Shown: positions 1 to 10,313, counted from the first letter of the stretch. The stretch: DNA of 56,040 nucleotides from a virus (IMGVR_UViG_3300032269_000733:1-56040), one strand, 5' to 3'. A program made the numbers and translations. Notes: generated by a model from the letters alone, not told the origin.

Positions 1-1335
1 GGTACAGGTGTTACAACATCTACAGGATCAGGCTCAGTAGTATTAAGCACATCACCCACATTAACTACACCAAATTTAGGCACGCCCAGTGCATTAGTTG
101 GTACCAACATAACTGGAACAGCGGCAGGTCTTTCTATTGGTGGTAATGCGGCAACTGCTACAACAGCAACAAATCAATCAGGTGGAACTGTATCTGCAAC
201 TTCAGGTGCATTTAGTTCAACAGTAACTTTTGCTGGCGGTTCTCAAGTTGGCTCTACTGGAGATTTTCTTGCAAGGCGGTCAAGTGGGTCTACTGGTGTT
301 TATTATTTTGGCAACGGTACCCCATATCTTTATTACGATGGTTCAAATTTTAATTTTAGCGGTGGAAATGTTTATGCTGGAACTTTTGTAGGAGCTTTAT
401 CAGGTAACGCTACAACAGCTACCACCGCAGGACTTGCTAACGGTGTAAATCAATACCCAAATAGAACAGATGCTGCTTGGTATCAAGCCGTTTGGAGTAA
501 TGCTGCTGGTGGTGATAAAAACATTTATTCTACAAACAATGTAACTATAAATTCAGGTAGTTATGGAGCCGTAGCTTTTTATGGTAGTACTTGGACTATT
601 GGTGGAAATCCATCTTGGGGTTTAGGTTCAAATACTGGATTATATCTTCCTGCTTCATTTGCGTGTCCAATAATGTATGACGCAAATAATACTGGGTATT
701 ATTCTGATCCTGCTAGTGTATCTAACATATACCGAATAACTTCTACTGGAGGTATGGAGCTTAATGGGCAGATATTTTTTACTGCTTCAGGCTCAAATTT
801 CGGCAATACTAGTTCTGGTATGTGGTTTACTGAAGGTTATGGAATTCAAGCTCAGGCTGCGTATTCACTTTGGAATTTTCAAGTTATTAGTTGTTCAGTT
901 TTGTGTGGTTTTGCTGGTGGTGGTGGTTCGTACGGAGATGGCAACGGTTACTTTACTGGCGGTGTTAATCAATACTATTCAGATGAAAGATTAAAAACAA
1001 AAATAAAAAATATAGACAGTGCATTAGAAAAAGTGTTGTCATTAGATGGATTTATTTATGTTGAAAATGAAGTTGCTAGAAGTCTTGGATATACAAACAA
1101 AAAAGAACAAGTAGGTGTTTCCGCACAAAAAGTTCAAAAGATATTGCCACAAGCCGTTTCTCTTGCTCCAGTTGATATGAAAGGCGATCCAGAAACGCAT
1201 GAAATTATATCTAAGTCTGGTGAAAACTATTTAACTGTAGACTACTCACGGCTTGTGCCACTTCTTATAGAAGCAATTAAAGAACAACAAACACAAATTA
1301 ATGATTTAAAAACCCAAATATTTAAAGGTAAATAA
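1..1335 (+). CDS. Tail fibre, 5'-truncated, with C-terminal intramolecular chaperone (peptidase S74-like) domain
   Basis: Frame 1 is open from base 1 (GTGVTTSTGSGSVVLSTSPTLTTP...) into the 673..1335 ORF; G/S/T/N-rich; YSDERLK...VDYSRLVPLLIEAIKEQ chaperone signature. Confidence 0.9.
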   Translation, partial: GTGVTTSTGSGSVVLSTSPTLTTPNLGTPSALVGTNITGTAAGLSIGGNAATATTATNQSGGTVSATSGAFSSTVTFAGGSQVGSTGDFLARRSSGSTGVYYFGNGTPYLYYDGSNFNFSGGNVYAGTFVGALSGNATTATTAGLANGVNQYPNRTDAAWYQAVWSNAAGGDKNIYSTNNVTINSGSYGAVAFYGSTWTIGGNPSWGLGSNTGLYLPASFACPIMYDANNTGYYSDPASVSNIYRITSTGGMELNGQIFFTASGSNFGNTSSGMWFTEGYGIQAQAAYSLWNFQVISCSVLCGFAGGGGSYGDGNGYFTGGVNQYYSDERLKTKIKNIDSALEKVLSLDGFIYVENEVARSLGYTNKKEQVGVSAQKVQKILPQAVSLAPVDMKGDPETHEIISKSGENYLTVDYSRLVPLLIEAIKEQQTQINDLKTQIFKGK

Positions 1336-1336
1336 A

Positions 1337-1717
1337 ATGGCACTTATATACACTTGGACAGTAACTGGAATGACATCTGCTACTGTAACCGATTTATCAA
1401 ATGCTGTAATTAATGTTAAATGGATTTGCACTGGCACAAATGAAAACGGCACTCAAAGTACTTTTCCGGGAGCAACTCCATTAAAAACAACAGATATTGA
1501 CCCAGCTACTTTTGTGCCGTACAACCAATTAACAGAAACATTAGTGCTTTCTTGGGTTCAACCTATTGTTATGGGTGATCCAAATTACTGGAATCATATT
1601 AATGAACGGATTAATAAACAAATTGCAGATAAAGAAGCCAACGTAAATTTAAACCCACAATTGCCTTGGGCTACTCCAGCGCCAATCCCCCCAAATCCAA
1701 ACGCACCATCAACCTAA
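1337..1717 (+). CDS. Tail fibre-associated protein
   Basis: 126 aa directly after fibre; YTWTV...FVPYNQLTE..VLSWV...LPW pattern typical of small fibre-adjacent phage proteins. Confidence 0.65.
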   Translation: MALIYTWTVTGMTSATVTDLSNAVINVKWICTGTNENGTQSTFPGATPLKTTDIDPATFVPYNQLTETLVLSWVQPIVMGDPNYWNHINERINKQIADKEANVNLNPQLPWATPAPIPPNPNAPST

Positions 1718-1729
1718 AAGATTAATTAA

Positions 1730-2629
1730 ATGTTCGGAATTTCACCATTTGCGCAAGTTCCTTTTGCCAGTTTAGGTCCGACTCTTTACAACCTTTTAAT
1801 TAACGAAGATTTTAGTTCAGGCGATTTAAGTTCACAGGCAAGTACATTTTTACAAAACATTACCGAACCTATTACGATGTTTGAACAGCAATCTTTGCCG
1901 GGACAGTTTTACTCATCTATTTTTGAAAATTTTAATGTTGGCGATTCTAGTACCCAGTTAAACACTTATTTACAAAGTCTTTCAGAAAATTTTAACTCTG
2001 ATAATAATCAAACAATAATTGCTGGATTTAGTTCATCTATTTCGGAAAATTCCAACATAGCAGATACAAACGTAGTATATTTTGCCGCATTAGACGATAG
2101 AACTGAAAACGTAGTCATGGGAGATTCAAACTCACAACAATTTGCTTTTACACAAAGCATTAGTGAAAACAGTAACATAGCAAACGCACAAACAATAACA
2201 GCACAGTTCTTATTAAGTATTGCCGAGAATTTGAACCCATCTGACATTGCCACAATTAGTGCTCAGTTTAAATCAAGTATTTCAGAAGCAACAACAATTT
2301 CTAATGTACAAACTATTGTTAGCTTATTCTTTTTAAACATTACAGAAAACTTTACCGTAGCTAATACTCAAACAATAACAGCTCAGTTTGCTCAATCTGT
2401 AGCCGAAGCTATAACGATGGCTGATTCAAGTACTCAGCAGTCTAATTTCCTTAACAGTATTATTGAAAACTTTAACATTTTAGACTCACTTTTTACCCGT
2501 GGTTGGATTACAATTGATGATAGCCAGACAGTAACTTGGGCGCAGATTAATGACAATCAAGCAGTAACATGGGATAATATTAACAACGCACAATCAACGT
2601 CTTGGAACTTGATTGATAACTCTCAATAG
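1730..2629 (+). CDS. Virion structural protein with ~20-aa repeats
   Basis: MFGISPFAQVPFASL start; repeated ITAQF.QSI.EN...AD unit; Trp-spaced C-terminal repeats. Confidence 0.7.
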   Translation: MFGISPFAQVPFASLGPTLYNLLINEDFSSGDLSSQASTFLQNITEPITMFEQQSLPGQFYSSIFENFNVGDSSTQLNTYLQSLSENFNSDNNQTIIAGFSSSISENSNIADTNVVYFAALDDRTENVVMGDSNSQQFAFTQSISENSNIANAQTITAQFLLSIAENLNPSDIATISAQFKSSISEATTISNVQTIVSLFFLNITENFTVANTQTITAQFAQSVAEAITMADSSTQQSNFLNSIIENFNILDSLFTRGWITIDDSQTVTWAQINDNQAVTWDNINNAQSTSWNLIDNSQ

Positions 2630-2637
2630 GGGTAGGT

Positions 2638-4563
2638 ATGTCAAATTATTACTCAACCAGTCTAGGTTTAATCCTACAAAATGCGGGTGAAAACTCCACC
2701 ACTTGGGGTAGTTTTGTTAATACAAACTTTCAGACTTTACTTGAACAAGCGATTGTTGGTCAAACTACGGTTGCAATGACAAATGCCGATTACACGCTAA
2801 CTTCTGCACAAGGTGTTAGTAACGAGGCAAGAAATGCAGTATTAATTATTACAGGAAACCAAAACGCTACATACAACGTTATTGTTCCAGCAGTGCCTAA
2901 GTTGTATATAATCACAAACAACTTAAACAGTTCAGCAACGGCATACTTTAAAGTAACAGGAAGTAGTACATCATTCTCGGTTGCTAACGGCAATACGGTT
3001 ATAGTTTACTGTACAGGATCTAACGTAGGAACGGCTTTCTATGCGGTTAACTATGTAGCTAATGCTACAACTGCCGCTACGGCTAATGCTCTAAACGCAA
3101 GTAATTCTTATTCAATAAATGGGTTATCAAGTTCAGGAGATGTAACTGTTTATAGATCATCAGCCGTAACTACAGGTGCTATTTACCTTGGCAATACTGG
3201 AAGCAGATATCTTTACTACAATGGAAGTAATTATAATTTAAATGGTGCTGACCTTTATGTTAACAGTTCATTAGCTGTAACTAATAATGGAGGTACATAC
3301 GCTATTAATATTTCTGGTACCGCAACAACTGCAACAACTGCAAATGCGTTAAATTCAGCTAACAACTATACAGTAAATAATTTAGCAGCAAATGGTTACG
3401 GTCGTTTTACAGGTGATGTTGTTGCCTCAATAACTACGGGTAATTTATATGTTGGTAATACATCATCAAATTATGCTATATATAATTACCTTGGCTATTT
3501 AGCATTAAATGGTGGATTACCATATAAAATTGTAACAAGCGATGGCGGAACTTATGGAATAAACATATCAGGCAATGCCGCAACTGCTAGTTCTGCAAAT
3601 GCTTTAAATACTAGCAATTCTTACACTGTTGCATCGTTAAATGTAAGTGGGGCAGCAAACGTAGCAATTAGTTCTGGTGATTTGCAAATCGGTAATTTAG
3701 CATCACAATGGGTAGCATTAAGATATAACGGCACAATGTCTATAAATAATGGTACTTACTATCAAATTGTTAGGTCTGATGGTGGTTCTTACAACATTAA
3801 CATTGGTGGCAATGCAGGTTCAGCCACCTTTGCTGGTTATGCAAATGCTTTAAACACAAGTAATGCATATCAGTGTTCTGGTATGACGATTACTGGGCAA
3901 TTAATACAGCAAAGTGATGCGTTTTTAGGATATTCGGCAGATGCTTATGTTCATATTTCTTCTTCAGGAAGTATAGGAAGAATTGATGCGGTAAATGGGG
4001 CAAACACTACATCTCGTTGGTTGGGTATCGGCAATATAAGTCCGCTATTAATTGGCAACGTAGCAGGTCCTGCTTATGGTGCATCTGTTACTGTAGGTAA
4101 TGGAAATGGTAGTGGTGGTATTTGGTGTTTTGCTGGTAATAGCTTGGGTCAACAAGGTTGGGCTATAGTCAATACCGATGGTCGTATGGGTGGCATGACT
4201 GTTGGAAATTCGTATATACAAGTAATTCTTGATGGGGTTGCGTATAGCATAGCTGTTAGCCCATCTGATGAATCATTAAAGAAAAATATTGAACCATCTA
4301 CATATAATGCTTTAGACACAATTGATAAGATTCAATTTAAGTCTTTTGACTATGATAAAGAAAAAACTTTCAGAGATGACCATATTAAATGCGGTTTAAC
4401 TTCACAACAAATACAAACAATTGATTCAGATTTAGTAAGACAAGTTGGTGATTTATTACAACCAGATGAAAATAAATTGCTCATGGTAGCAATGAAAGCA
4501 ATTCAAGAACTTAAAGCAGAGGTAGATTTTTTAAAAACTGAACTTGCTGCGTTGAAAGGTTAA
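2638..4563 (+). CDS. Second tail fibre with C-terminal intramolecular chaperone domain
   Basis: GENSTTWG N-terminal anchor; repeated GGTY.INISG.A.TA..ANALN units; SDESLKKNI...MKAIQEL C-terminus. Confidence 0.88.
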   Translation: MSNYYSTSLGLILQNAGENSTTWGSFVNTNFQTLLEQAIVGQTTVAMTNADYTLTSAQGVSNEARNAVLIITGNQNATYNVIVPAVPKLYIITNNLNSSATAYFKVTGSSTSFSVANGNTVIVYCTGSNVGTAFYAVNYVANATTAATANALNASNSYSINGLSSSGDVTVYRSSAVTTGAIYLGNTGSRYLYYNGSNYNLNGADLYVNSSLAVTNNGGTYAINISGTATTATTANALNSANNYTVNNLAANGYGRFTGDVVASITTGNLYVGNTSSNYAIYNYLGYLALNGGLPYKIVTSDGGTYGINISGNAATASSANALNTSNSYTVASLNVSGAANVAISSGDLQIGNLASQWVALRYNGTMSINNGTYYQIVRSDGGSYNINIGGNAGSATFAGYANALNTSNAYQCSGMTITGQLIQQSDAFLGYSADAYVHISSSGSIGRIDAVNGANTTSRWLGIGNISPLLIGNVAGPAYGASVTVGNGNGSGGIWCFAGNSLGQQGWAIVNTDGRMGGMTVGNSYIQVILDGVAYSIAVSPSDESLKKNIEPSTYNALDTIDKIQFKSFDYDKEKTFRDDHIKCGLTSQQIQTIDSDLVRQVGDLLQPDENKLLMVAMKAIQELKAEVDFLKTELAALKG

Positions 4564-4574
4564 ATACTAAGTGA

Positions 4575-5027
4575 ATGCCAGAAATCAATCCGATTGCCGA
4601 AGGTGCAAAGTCTTTAGCCGAGAGCCTTAACCAAAGTCGTGAGGCAGGGAAAAGTCTTACCAAAAGCATTCAGAATATACAACATGATGGTGTAGAGGTA
4701 GCTCAAGAGCAGTTAGAATCAAGAGAAAGACACAGACAACATGAAGAAGCAATACAAAACTCCATGTTGTTTAAAGCGGTAAAGGAATACGAAAAGCAAA
4801 GCTCTATTATCAAAGCCGAGAACAAAGCTGAAGCAGAGTTTAAAGCTAAGTATGGTGCAAAAGAGTGGGCAAAAGTTTTAGAGTTAAAAGCAGTCGTAGA
4901 AAAAGAACACAAAGAAAACGCTAGTTATTATGGGCATAAACTGCGGGATGTTAAGCGTGTTCAGATGTATTGTTTTTTAGCGGCATTTTTTATAACTTGC
5001 TTGTTGTATTATTACGGGCTTGTATGA
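4575..5027 (+). CDS. Coiled-coil protein with C-terminal transmembrane helix
   Basis: Charged helical body ending in MYCFLAAFFITCLLYYYGLV; lies before the lysis genes. Confidence 0.7.
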   Translation: MPEINPIAEGAKSLAESLNQSREAGKSLTKSIQNIQHDGVEVAQEQLESRERHRQHEEAIQNSMLFKAVKEYEKQSSIIKAENKAEAEFKAKYGAKEWAKVLELKAVVEKEHKENASYYGHKLRDVKRVQMYCFLAAFFITCLLYYYGLV

Positions 5028-5191
5028 TATGGATAACGATTTGGTTCATTGTTTACAATATAGAACTTTTTTTATGGGCGTACATTGTGTACCTACATTT
5101 TGAAGAAAAGATATTGAGGAAGCCTAAAATGAAATTTCCAAAACAAACTAAAGTTGCAGTGCGAACCAAGAGGGATATAGTCCGTGGATGA
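5024..5191 (+). CDS. Small membrane protein
   Basis: ATGA overlap with previous stop; MIWITIWFIVYNIELFLWAYIVY hydrophobic N-terminus, basic tail; start moved from 4970. Confidence 0.55.
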   Translation: MIWITIWFIVYNIELFLWAYIVYLHFEEKILRKPKMKFPKQTKVAVRTKRDIVRG

Positions 5192-5258
5192 GGATGTGTT
5201 TCGCTGGTGGACAATGTTTGCATTAATTTGTATGATGATTATGTTACTTTTAAAATGA
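5184..5258 (+). CDS. Putative 24-aa hydrophobic peptide
   Basis: GTG start, MDEDVFRWWTMFALICMMIMLLLK, fills the gap before the holin. Confidence 0.3.
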   Translation: MDEDVFRWWTMFALICMMIMLLLK

Positions 5259-5265
5259 GGTATCT

Positions 5266-5664
5266 ATGTTTGGTTTAGACGACATCGTTGGCGCAGGACT
5301 TAAGATAATTGATAAAGTAATACCTGACCCACAAGCAAAAGCACAGGCTCAATTAGAGTTACAAAAACTTGCACAAAGCGGACAGTTGGCAGAACTTCAA
5401 GCCGACATGAATGAACAGAATAATGTTTCAGATCGTTGGAAAGCTGACTTAGGTTCTGACTCTTGGCTATCTAAAAACATTCGCCCAATGACATTGATAT
5501 TTATTCTAGGGGTTTACACTACCTTTGCGGGATTCTCAGCATTCAACGTCAACGTCAATCAGGCGTATGTAGAGTTGCTTGGGCAGTGGGGGATGCTGAT
5601 TATGTCCGCATATTTTGGTGGTAGAACGCTTGAGAAAATTATGGCTAAGAAAGGTGATAAATGA
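5266..5664 (+). CDS. Holin (GTA 3TM holin-like)
   Basis: KIIDKVIPDP, RW.AD..SDSWLSKNIRP, two TM segments, YFGGRTLEK; upstream of endolysin. Confidence 0.8.
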   Translation: MFGLDDIVGAGLKIIDKVIPDPQAKAQAQLELQKLAQSGQLAELQADMNEQNNVSDRWKADLGSDSWLSKNIRPMTLIFILGVYTTFAGFSAFNVNVNQAYVELLGQWGMLIMSAYFGGRTLEKIMAKKGDK

Positions 5665-5873
5665 ATACAAAAGAACACGTTATGTTAATTGCCGCTTGGT
5701 CATTAGTGGCTGTTGTAATTAGTATGCTACTCATGTTTGCGTATGCAGTCATTGATCCAAACTTTGATACAGATAAAGTATTTCAGATTATCGGACCAGC
5801 ATTCCAAACTGTCATCGGTGGATTTATTGGATTAATTACAGGCATAAAAATAGGGAGCGATGATGAAAAATAA
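5661..5873 (+). CDS. Two-TM membrane protein in lysis cassette
   Basis: Two hydrophobic segments; PAFQTVIGGFIGL. Confidence 0.7.
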   Translation: MNTKEHVMLIAAWSLVAVVISMLLMFAYAVIDPNFDTDKVFQIIGPAFQTVIGGFIGLITGIKIGSDDEK

Positions 5874-6378
5874 TTTTGATACAGCTTTAGCACACGTATT
5901 AAAGTCAGAAGGATTATGGAGTGATAATCCAAAAGACCCAGGTGGAGCTACGATGAAAGGCATTACGTTTGCCGTATTTAAAGAATGGAAACGTAATCCT
6001 CATTTAACTAAAGATGATTTAAAAAATATAAGCGACCAAGATGTGCATGACCTTTATAAACAACTTTACTGGGACAAGATTCATGGCGATGATTTACCTG
6101 CCGGTATTGACTATGCTGTATTTGATAGTGCTGTTAACATGGGCGTAGGCAGAGCCGCCAAACTTATTCAAGAAGCTGCTGGAGTTACTGCGGACGGTGT
6201 TATAGGTTCAGGCACAATGCAAGCAATTGAGAAACAAAACCATAGAGATTTACTCCAAAAGTTTAGTCATTTAAAAGAAGTTTTTTATAGATCATTAGGT
6301 ACTTTCCCTACGTTTGGAGTAGGATGGTTAAGACGTGTTGCAGAAGTTAAAGTTACTGCCGATTCAATGTTAGGGTAA
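5860..6378 (+). CDS. Endolysin, glycoside hydrolase family 108 with peptidoglycan-binding C-terminus
   Basis: EG..S.NPKDPGGAT..GIT, YW, FDSAVNMG, DGVIG, FG.GWLRR motifs. Confidence 0.92.
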   Translation: MMKNNFDTALAHVLKSEGLWSDNPKDPGGATMKGITFAVFKEWKRNPHLTKDDLKNISDQDVHDLYKQLYWDKIHGDDLPAGIDYAVFDSAVNMGVGRAAKLIQEAAGVTADGVIGSGTMQAIEKQNHRDLLQKFSHLKEVFYRSLGTFPTFGVGWLRRVAEVKVTADSMLG

Positions 6379-6381
6379 ACC

Positions 6382-8469
6382 ATGCCATTACAGAAGTTAC
6401 AGTTTAGACCCGGAATTAACCGAGAAGGTACTGATTACTCTAACGAAGGGGGATACTATGACTGTGACAAAATTAGATTTCGTTCAGGCTTTCCTGAAAA
6501 AATTGGTGGCTGGACTCAATATGCGTCTAATCAGTTTTTAGGTACTGCTCGTGCGCTTTGGACTTGGGTTGACTTGGCGGCTAATAACTATCTAGGTGTT
6601 GGAACAAGTTCCAAATATTATATTGAACAAGGTGGAATATACAACGACATAACTCCTATATACCAAACAGATACATTAACCAACCCGTTTACTACTGCGT
6701 ATAGCACTTTAAATGGTACGATTACTAGCACTGCAACTTCGATTACTTTAACTTCAGCCGCATCATTTCCTGTGAATGGTGTCATTAAAATTGATTCAGA
6801 ACAGATTGCATATACAACCATAGCGGGCAATGTCTTATCAGGGTTAACCCGTGGATACAATAGTACAACGGCAGCTAGTCATACGACAGGTGCGGCAGTA
6901 GGTAGTTCTTCTATGTTGGTTACAGACGCTACTTATCAACCCAGCGTTGGCGATTATATTTTATATTCAGGAGCTTCGGCAGTTAATGGAATTACAATTA
7001 GCGGACAGTATATTGTAACTAATGTACCCAACGGATCAAGTTCAACTTATTATATTTTAACCACAGATATTAATACAACAACCCCGGTTTTTTCAACTGC
7101 TTCCGCTAATGGTGGTAGTACTGTAACTGCTAAATATTTATATCCTACAGGAACAGATGTAAACGTTGTTGGTACAGGTTGGAGTACAGGGGCATGGAGT
7201 CGTGGTACGTGGAGTTCTGCTGGTCCCGGTATTGGGGTTACTACTACACTACGTCTTTGGTCTAATGACAACTATGGACAAGATTTATATATTGCACCTC
7301 GTGGCGGTGGTGTTTATGTGTGGCAAGATGCAAACGGTTTGGCTACAAGAGCAGTATTGTTATCTAGTTTAGCTGGTGCGTCTTCTGTGCCGTTAAAAAC
7401 TAATCAAGTATTAAGTGCCCCTATTCAACAGTTTATTATTTGTATGGGCGCTGATTCGTATACTGACGCTACACATACATTTAACCCTATGCTTGTTAGA
7501 TGGTCGGACCAAGCTAACCCTGTAAATTGGACACCTGCAGTAACTAATCAATCTGGTGAATTTGCATTAACAAACGGTTCTTATATTATGGGCGCTCGTG
7601 CAACCCGTCAAGAGATTTTAGTTTGGACAGATTCTGCTATATATTCCATGCAGTATTTAGGTGCGCCATATGTTTGGGGCTTTCAAATTTTGATGGATAA
7701 TATTACCATCATGTCACCCAACGCTATGATTACAGTTAATAACGTGACTTATTGGATGGGGCGTGATAAGTTCTATGTCTATTCAGGTACCGTACAAACC
7801 CTACCCTGTTCAGTCCGTCAATACGTCTTTGATGGTTTAAACATCAATCAAAACTTCCAAGTATTTTGCGGTTCTAATGAGGGCTATAACGAAGTTTGGT
7901 GGTTCTACTGTTCGGCTAATTCAAATACAATTGATAGTTATGTCATCTATAACTACCTAGACCAAGTGTGGTACTACGGTTCTATGGCACGTACAGCGTG
8001 GTTATCTTCTACAATTAAGATATATCCTATTGCGGCAGATTATAATAGTAGGCTCCTTAATCACGAAAATGGAGTAGATGATGTCTCTACAGGAACTACG
8101 TTGCCTATTGATGCTTATGTTCAGTCTTCCGATTTTGATATTGGTGATGGACACAATTTTGGATTTGTGTGGAGAATCCTGCCAGACGTAAACTTTAACG
8201 GTTCTTACGTTAATCAACCGTATTGTACAATGACCGTAAAACCTAGAGTTAACTCAGGAACTGCATATGGTCAAGCTGATAGTCCAACAGTACAAAGTGC
8301 CGACAATTATGGTGCATCAAGACTTTATAATATTCAGCAGTTTACAGGTCAGGTGTATACACGACTAAGAGGTCGTCAATTAGCGTTTAGGATTGAGTCC
8401 AATAGTGTTGGGGTAGCTTGGCAGTTAGGTAGTCCTCGTATAGATATCAGACCTGACGGAAGAAGATAA
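6382..8469 (+). CDS. Tail nozzle / DNA stabilisation protein (P22 gp10 / T7 gp12-like position)
   Basis: 695 aa beta-rich; VRWSDQ, DIRPDGRR end; precedes ejection genes. Confidence 0.72.
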   Translation: MPLQKLQFRPGINREGTDYSNEGGYYDCDKIRFRSGFPEKIGGWTQYASNQFLGTARALWTWVDLAANNYLGVGTSSKYYIEQGGIYNDITPIYQTDTLTNPFTTAYSTLNGTITSTATSITLTSAASFPVNGVIKIDSEQIAYTTIAGNVLSGLTRGYNSTTAASHTTGAAVGSSSMLVTDATYQPSVGDYILYSGASAVNGITISGQYIVTNVPNGSSSTYYILTTDINTTTPVFSTASANGGSTVTAKYLYPTGTDVNVVGTGWSTGAWSRGTWSSAGPGIGVTTTLRLWSNDNYGQDLYIAPRGGGVYVWQDANGLATRAVLLSSLAGASSVPLKTNQVLSAPIQQFIICMGADSYTDATHTFNPMLVRWSDQANPVNWTPAVTNQSGEFALTNGSYIMGARATRQEILVWTDSAIYSMQYLGAPYVWGFQILMDNITIMSPNAMITVNNVTYWMGRDKFYVYSGTVQTLPCSVRQYVFDGLNINQNFQVFCGSNEGYNEVWWFYCSANSNTIDSYVIYNYLDQVWYYGSMARTAWLSSTIKIYPIAADYNSRLLNHENGVDDVSTGTTLPIDAYVQSSDFDIGDGHNFGFVWRILPDVNFNGSYVNQPYCTMTVKPRVNSGTAYGQADSPTVQSADNYGASRLYNIQQFTGQVYTRLRGRQLAFRIESNSVGVAWQLGSPRIDIRPDGRR

Positions 8470-8762
8470 TGGTTACTCCGTTAAAAAATACTGCAATATT
8501 AGTACCAAAAGCACCAAATTTACCTGTTGCGCCTACGGAAATTACTCAGCAGTATCTTGAAAGATTAACCAATGCAATGCGTCTTTACTTTAACCAGATA
8601 GACAACTTTGCGCAAAGTATTAATATTCCTGATTCTGGGACAACCGCAAATAGACCGACAGTAGGGCTACAGGTTGGGCAGTTTTATTTTGATACAACGC
8701 TAGGGATTCCTATATGGTACAACGGAACAGTGTGGAAAAATGCTAGTGGAACTACCGTTTAA
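8469..8762 (+). CDS. Small virion protein
   Basis: APNLP.AP, RLYFNQID, GTTANRP...GQFYFDTTLG.PIWYNG motifs. Confidence 0.7.
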   Translation: MVTPLKNTAILVPKAPNLPVAPTEITQQYLERLTNAMRLYFNQIDNFAQSINIPDSGTTANRPTVGLQVGQFYFDTTLGIPIWYNGTVWKNASGTTV

Positions 8763-8796
8763 ATGTTATTATATGAGAAATTAAGAGAGGTGTAAT

Positions 8797-9903
8797 ATGG
8801 ATGCTGGAATCGGCGAAGCCGCTTTAATAAGTGCAGCTATTGGTGCAGGAACTGGTGCCGCTGGTTCCTCTTTGTCTGGTGGAGATCCACTAAAAGGCGC
8901 TTTACGTGGTGCTTTAATGGGTGGGGTTACAGGTGGAATTGGAGCAGGCATTGGCGGATTAGGAAGTGCTGCTAGTACTGCTGCTGAAGTTGCTCCAACT
9001 GTTGCAGAAGGAACTACCTTAGGAAGTGCGGGAGCTCAAGGACTAGATCAAGCATCCTTAGATTTTGTTAAAGCAAATCCTCAGTTGTATCCAACAGCTC
9101 CGAATGGGTCTTTAGCAACATCTGTTTCTATGACGCCTCCTACAACGCCTGATGTAAGCGGTATGCAACCAACAATAACTGCAAATAATCCAACAGCTCC
9201 TGCATCTAAAGGAATGTTTGATTTTGGCTATAAAGGCACATCACCCAACACTTTTGGTTATGGTCCACAAAGCAATTTAGGGTTGGCAGGAGTTGGTATT
9301 GGCTCAGGATTAACTGCGGCGATGCAAGCCGAAAGAGATAAGTATATGCCACCGGGCATGACTCCATATACAGGCATTCTAAGTAAGTATGACCCATATA
9401 GTGCAAGAGGTGTGCAATATCCTACACAATATGCAGAAGGCGGTATTACCTCATTAGCCATGGGTGGTCAACCTAATCAAATGTACCCCATGAGTCAGCA
9501 AGAACATACTAATTTTATGGATCCATCACAATTGCCTGCAAATGCTATGGAAGTTAGAAACTATGAACCTGCCACTAATCCAATGACAGGCAACATGACT
9601 AGACCTATGGCAGAGGGAGGCATTACATCTTTAGGTTCTTATTCAGACGGTGGAAGATTGCTTAGAGGTCCAGGCGATGGTATGAGCGATGATATTCCTG
9701 CAAGAATAGGAAAACATCAGCCTGCAAGATTAGCAGATGGTGAGTTTGTAATTCCTGCTGATGTAGTTAGTCATTTAGGTAATGGTTCTACTGACGCAGG
9801 TGCAAAGCATTTATACTCTATGATGAATAAAGTACGCAAAGCAAGGACAGGAAATCATAAACAAGGTAAACAAATTAATCCGAATAGGTATTTACCCGCA
9901 TAG
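8797..9903 (+). CDS. Putative internal virion / ejection protein
   Basis: Gly/Ala-rich hydrophobic N-terminus; AEGG repeats; GPGDGMSDDIPA...LADGEFVIPADVV C-terminal domain. Confidence 0.7.
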   Translation: MDAGIGEAALISAAIGAGTGAAGSSLSGGDPLKGALRGALMGGVTGGIGAGIGGLGSAASTAAEVAPTVAEGTTLGSAGAQGLDQASLDFVKANPQLYPTAPNGSLATSVSMTPPTTPDVSGMQPTITANNPTAPASKGMFDFGYKGTSPNTFGYGPQSNLGLAGVGIGSGLTAAMQAERDKYMPPGMTPYTGILSKYDPYSARGVQYPTQYAEGGITSLAMGGQPNQMYPMSQQEHTNFMDPSQLPANAMEVRNYEPATNPMTGNMTRPMAEGGITSLGSYSDGGRLLRGPGDGMSDDIPARIGKHQPARLADGEFVIPADVVSHLGNGSTDAGAKHLYSMMNKVRKARTGNHKQGKQINPNRYLPA

Positions 9904-9905
9904 GA

Positions 9906-10313
9906 ATGATTGTACAGTTAATACCAACAGAATATTGCGCTCAAAATTGGCATTTAGTTGAACCATACATTGTAGAAGCCCATAAATGGGGTCATGGCGA
10001 CTACAGTGTAGAACAGATAAAGATGTATGTAACATTAGGTCAATGGGTATTATTGGTGGCAATTGATGATAATAAAACAATACATGGAGCAGCAACTGTA
10101 TCTTTTATTAATTATCCTAACGATAGAATTGCTTTTGTAACTGCAATTGGTGGTAAATTAGTATCTAATCCTGACACGTTTAAACAGCTAACAGCTATTG
10201 TAAAAAACGCAGGAGCGACTAAAATACAAGGAGCAGCTAGAAAATCAATTGCCAGACTTTGGAGAAGATTTGGTTTTTATGAACGCCACGTGATAGTAGA
10301 GATAAGAATATGA
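9906..10313 (+). CDS. Virion assembly protein, possibly GNAT-like (P22 gp14 / T7 gp13-like position)
   Basis: 135 aa between nozzle and ejection genes; ARLWRRFGF resembles the GNAT terminal motif. Confidence 0.5.
   Translation: MIVQLIPTEYCAQNWHLVEPYIVEAHKWGHGDYSVEQIKMYVTLGQWVLLVAIDDNKTIHGAATVSFINYPNDRIAFVTAIGGKLVSNPDTFKQLTAIVKNAGATKIQGAARKSIARLWRRFGFYERHVIVEIRI

Noticed and set aside
1-4563. Diversity-generating retroelement or invertible tail-fibre cassette
   Set aside because: No reverse transcriptase or invertase, and no near-identical nucleotide repeat pair seen
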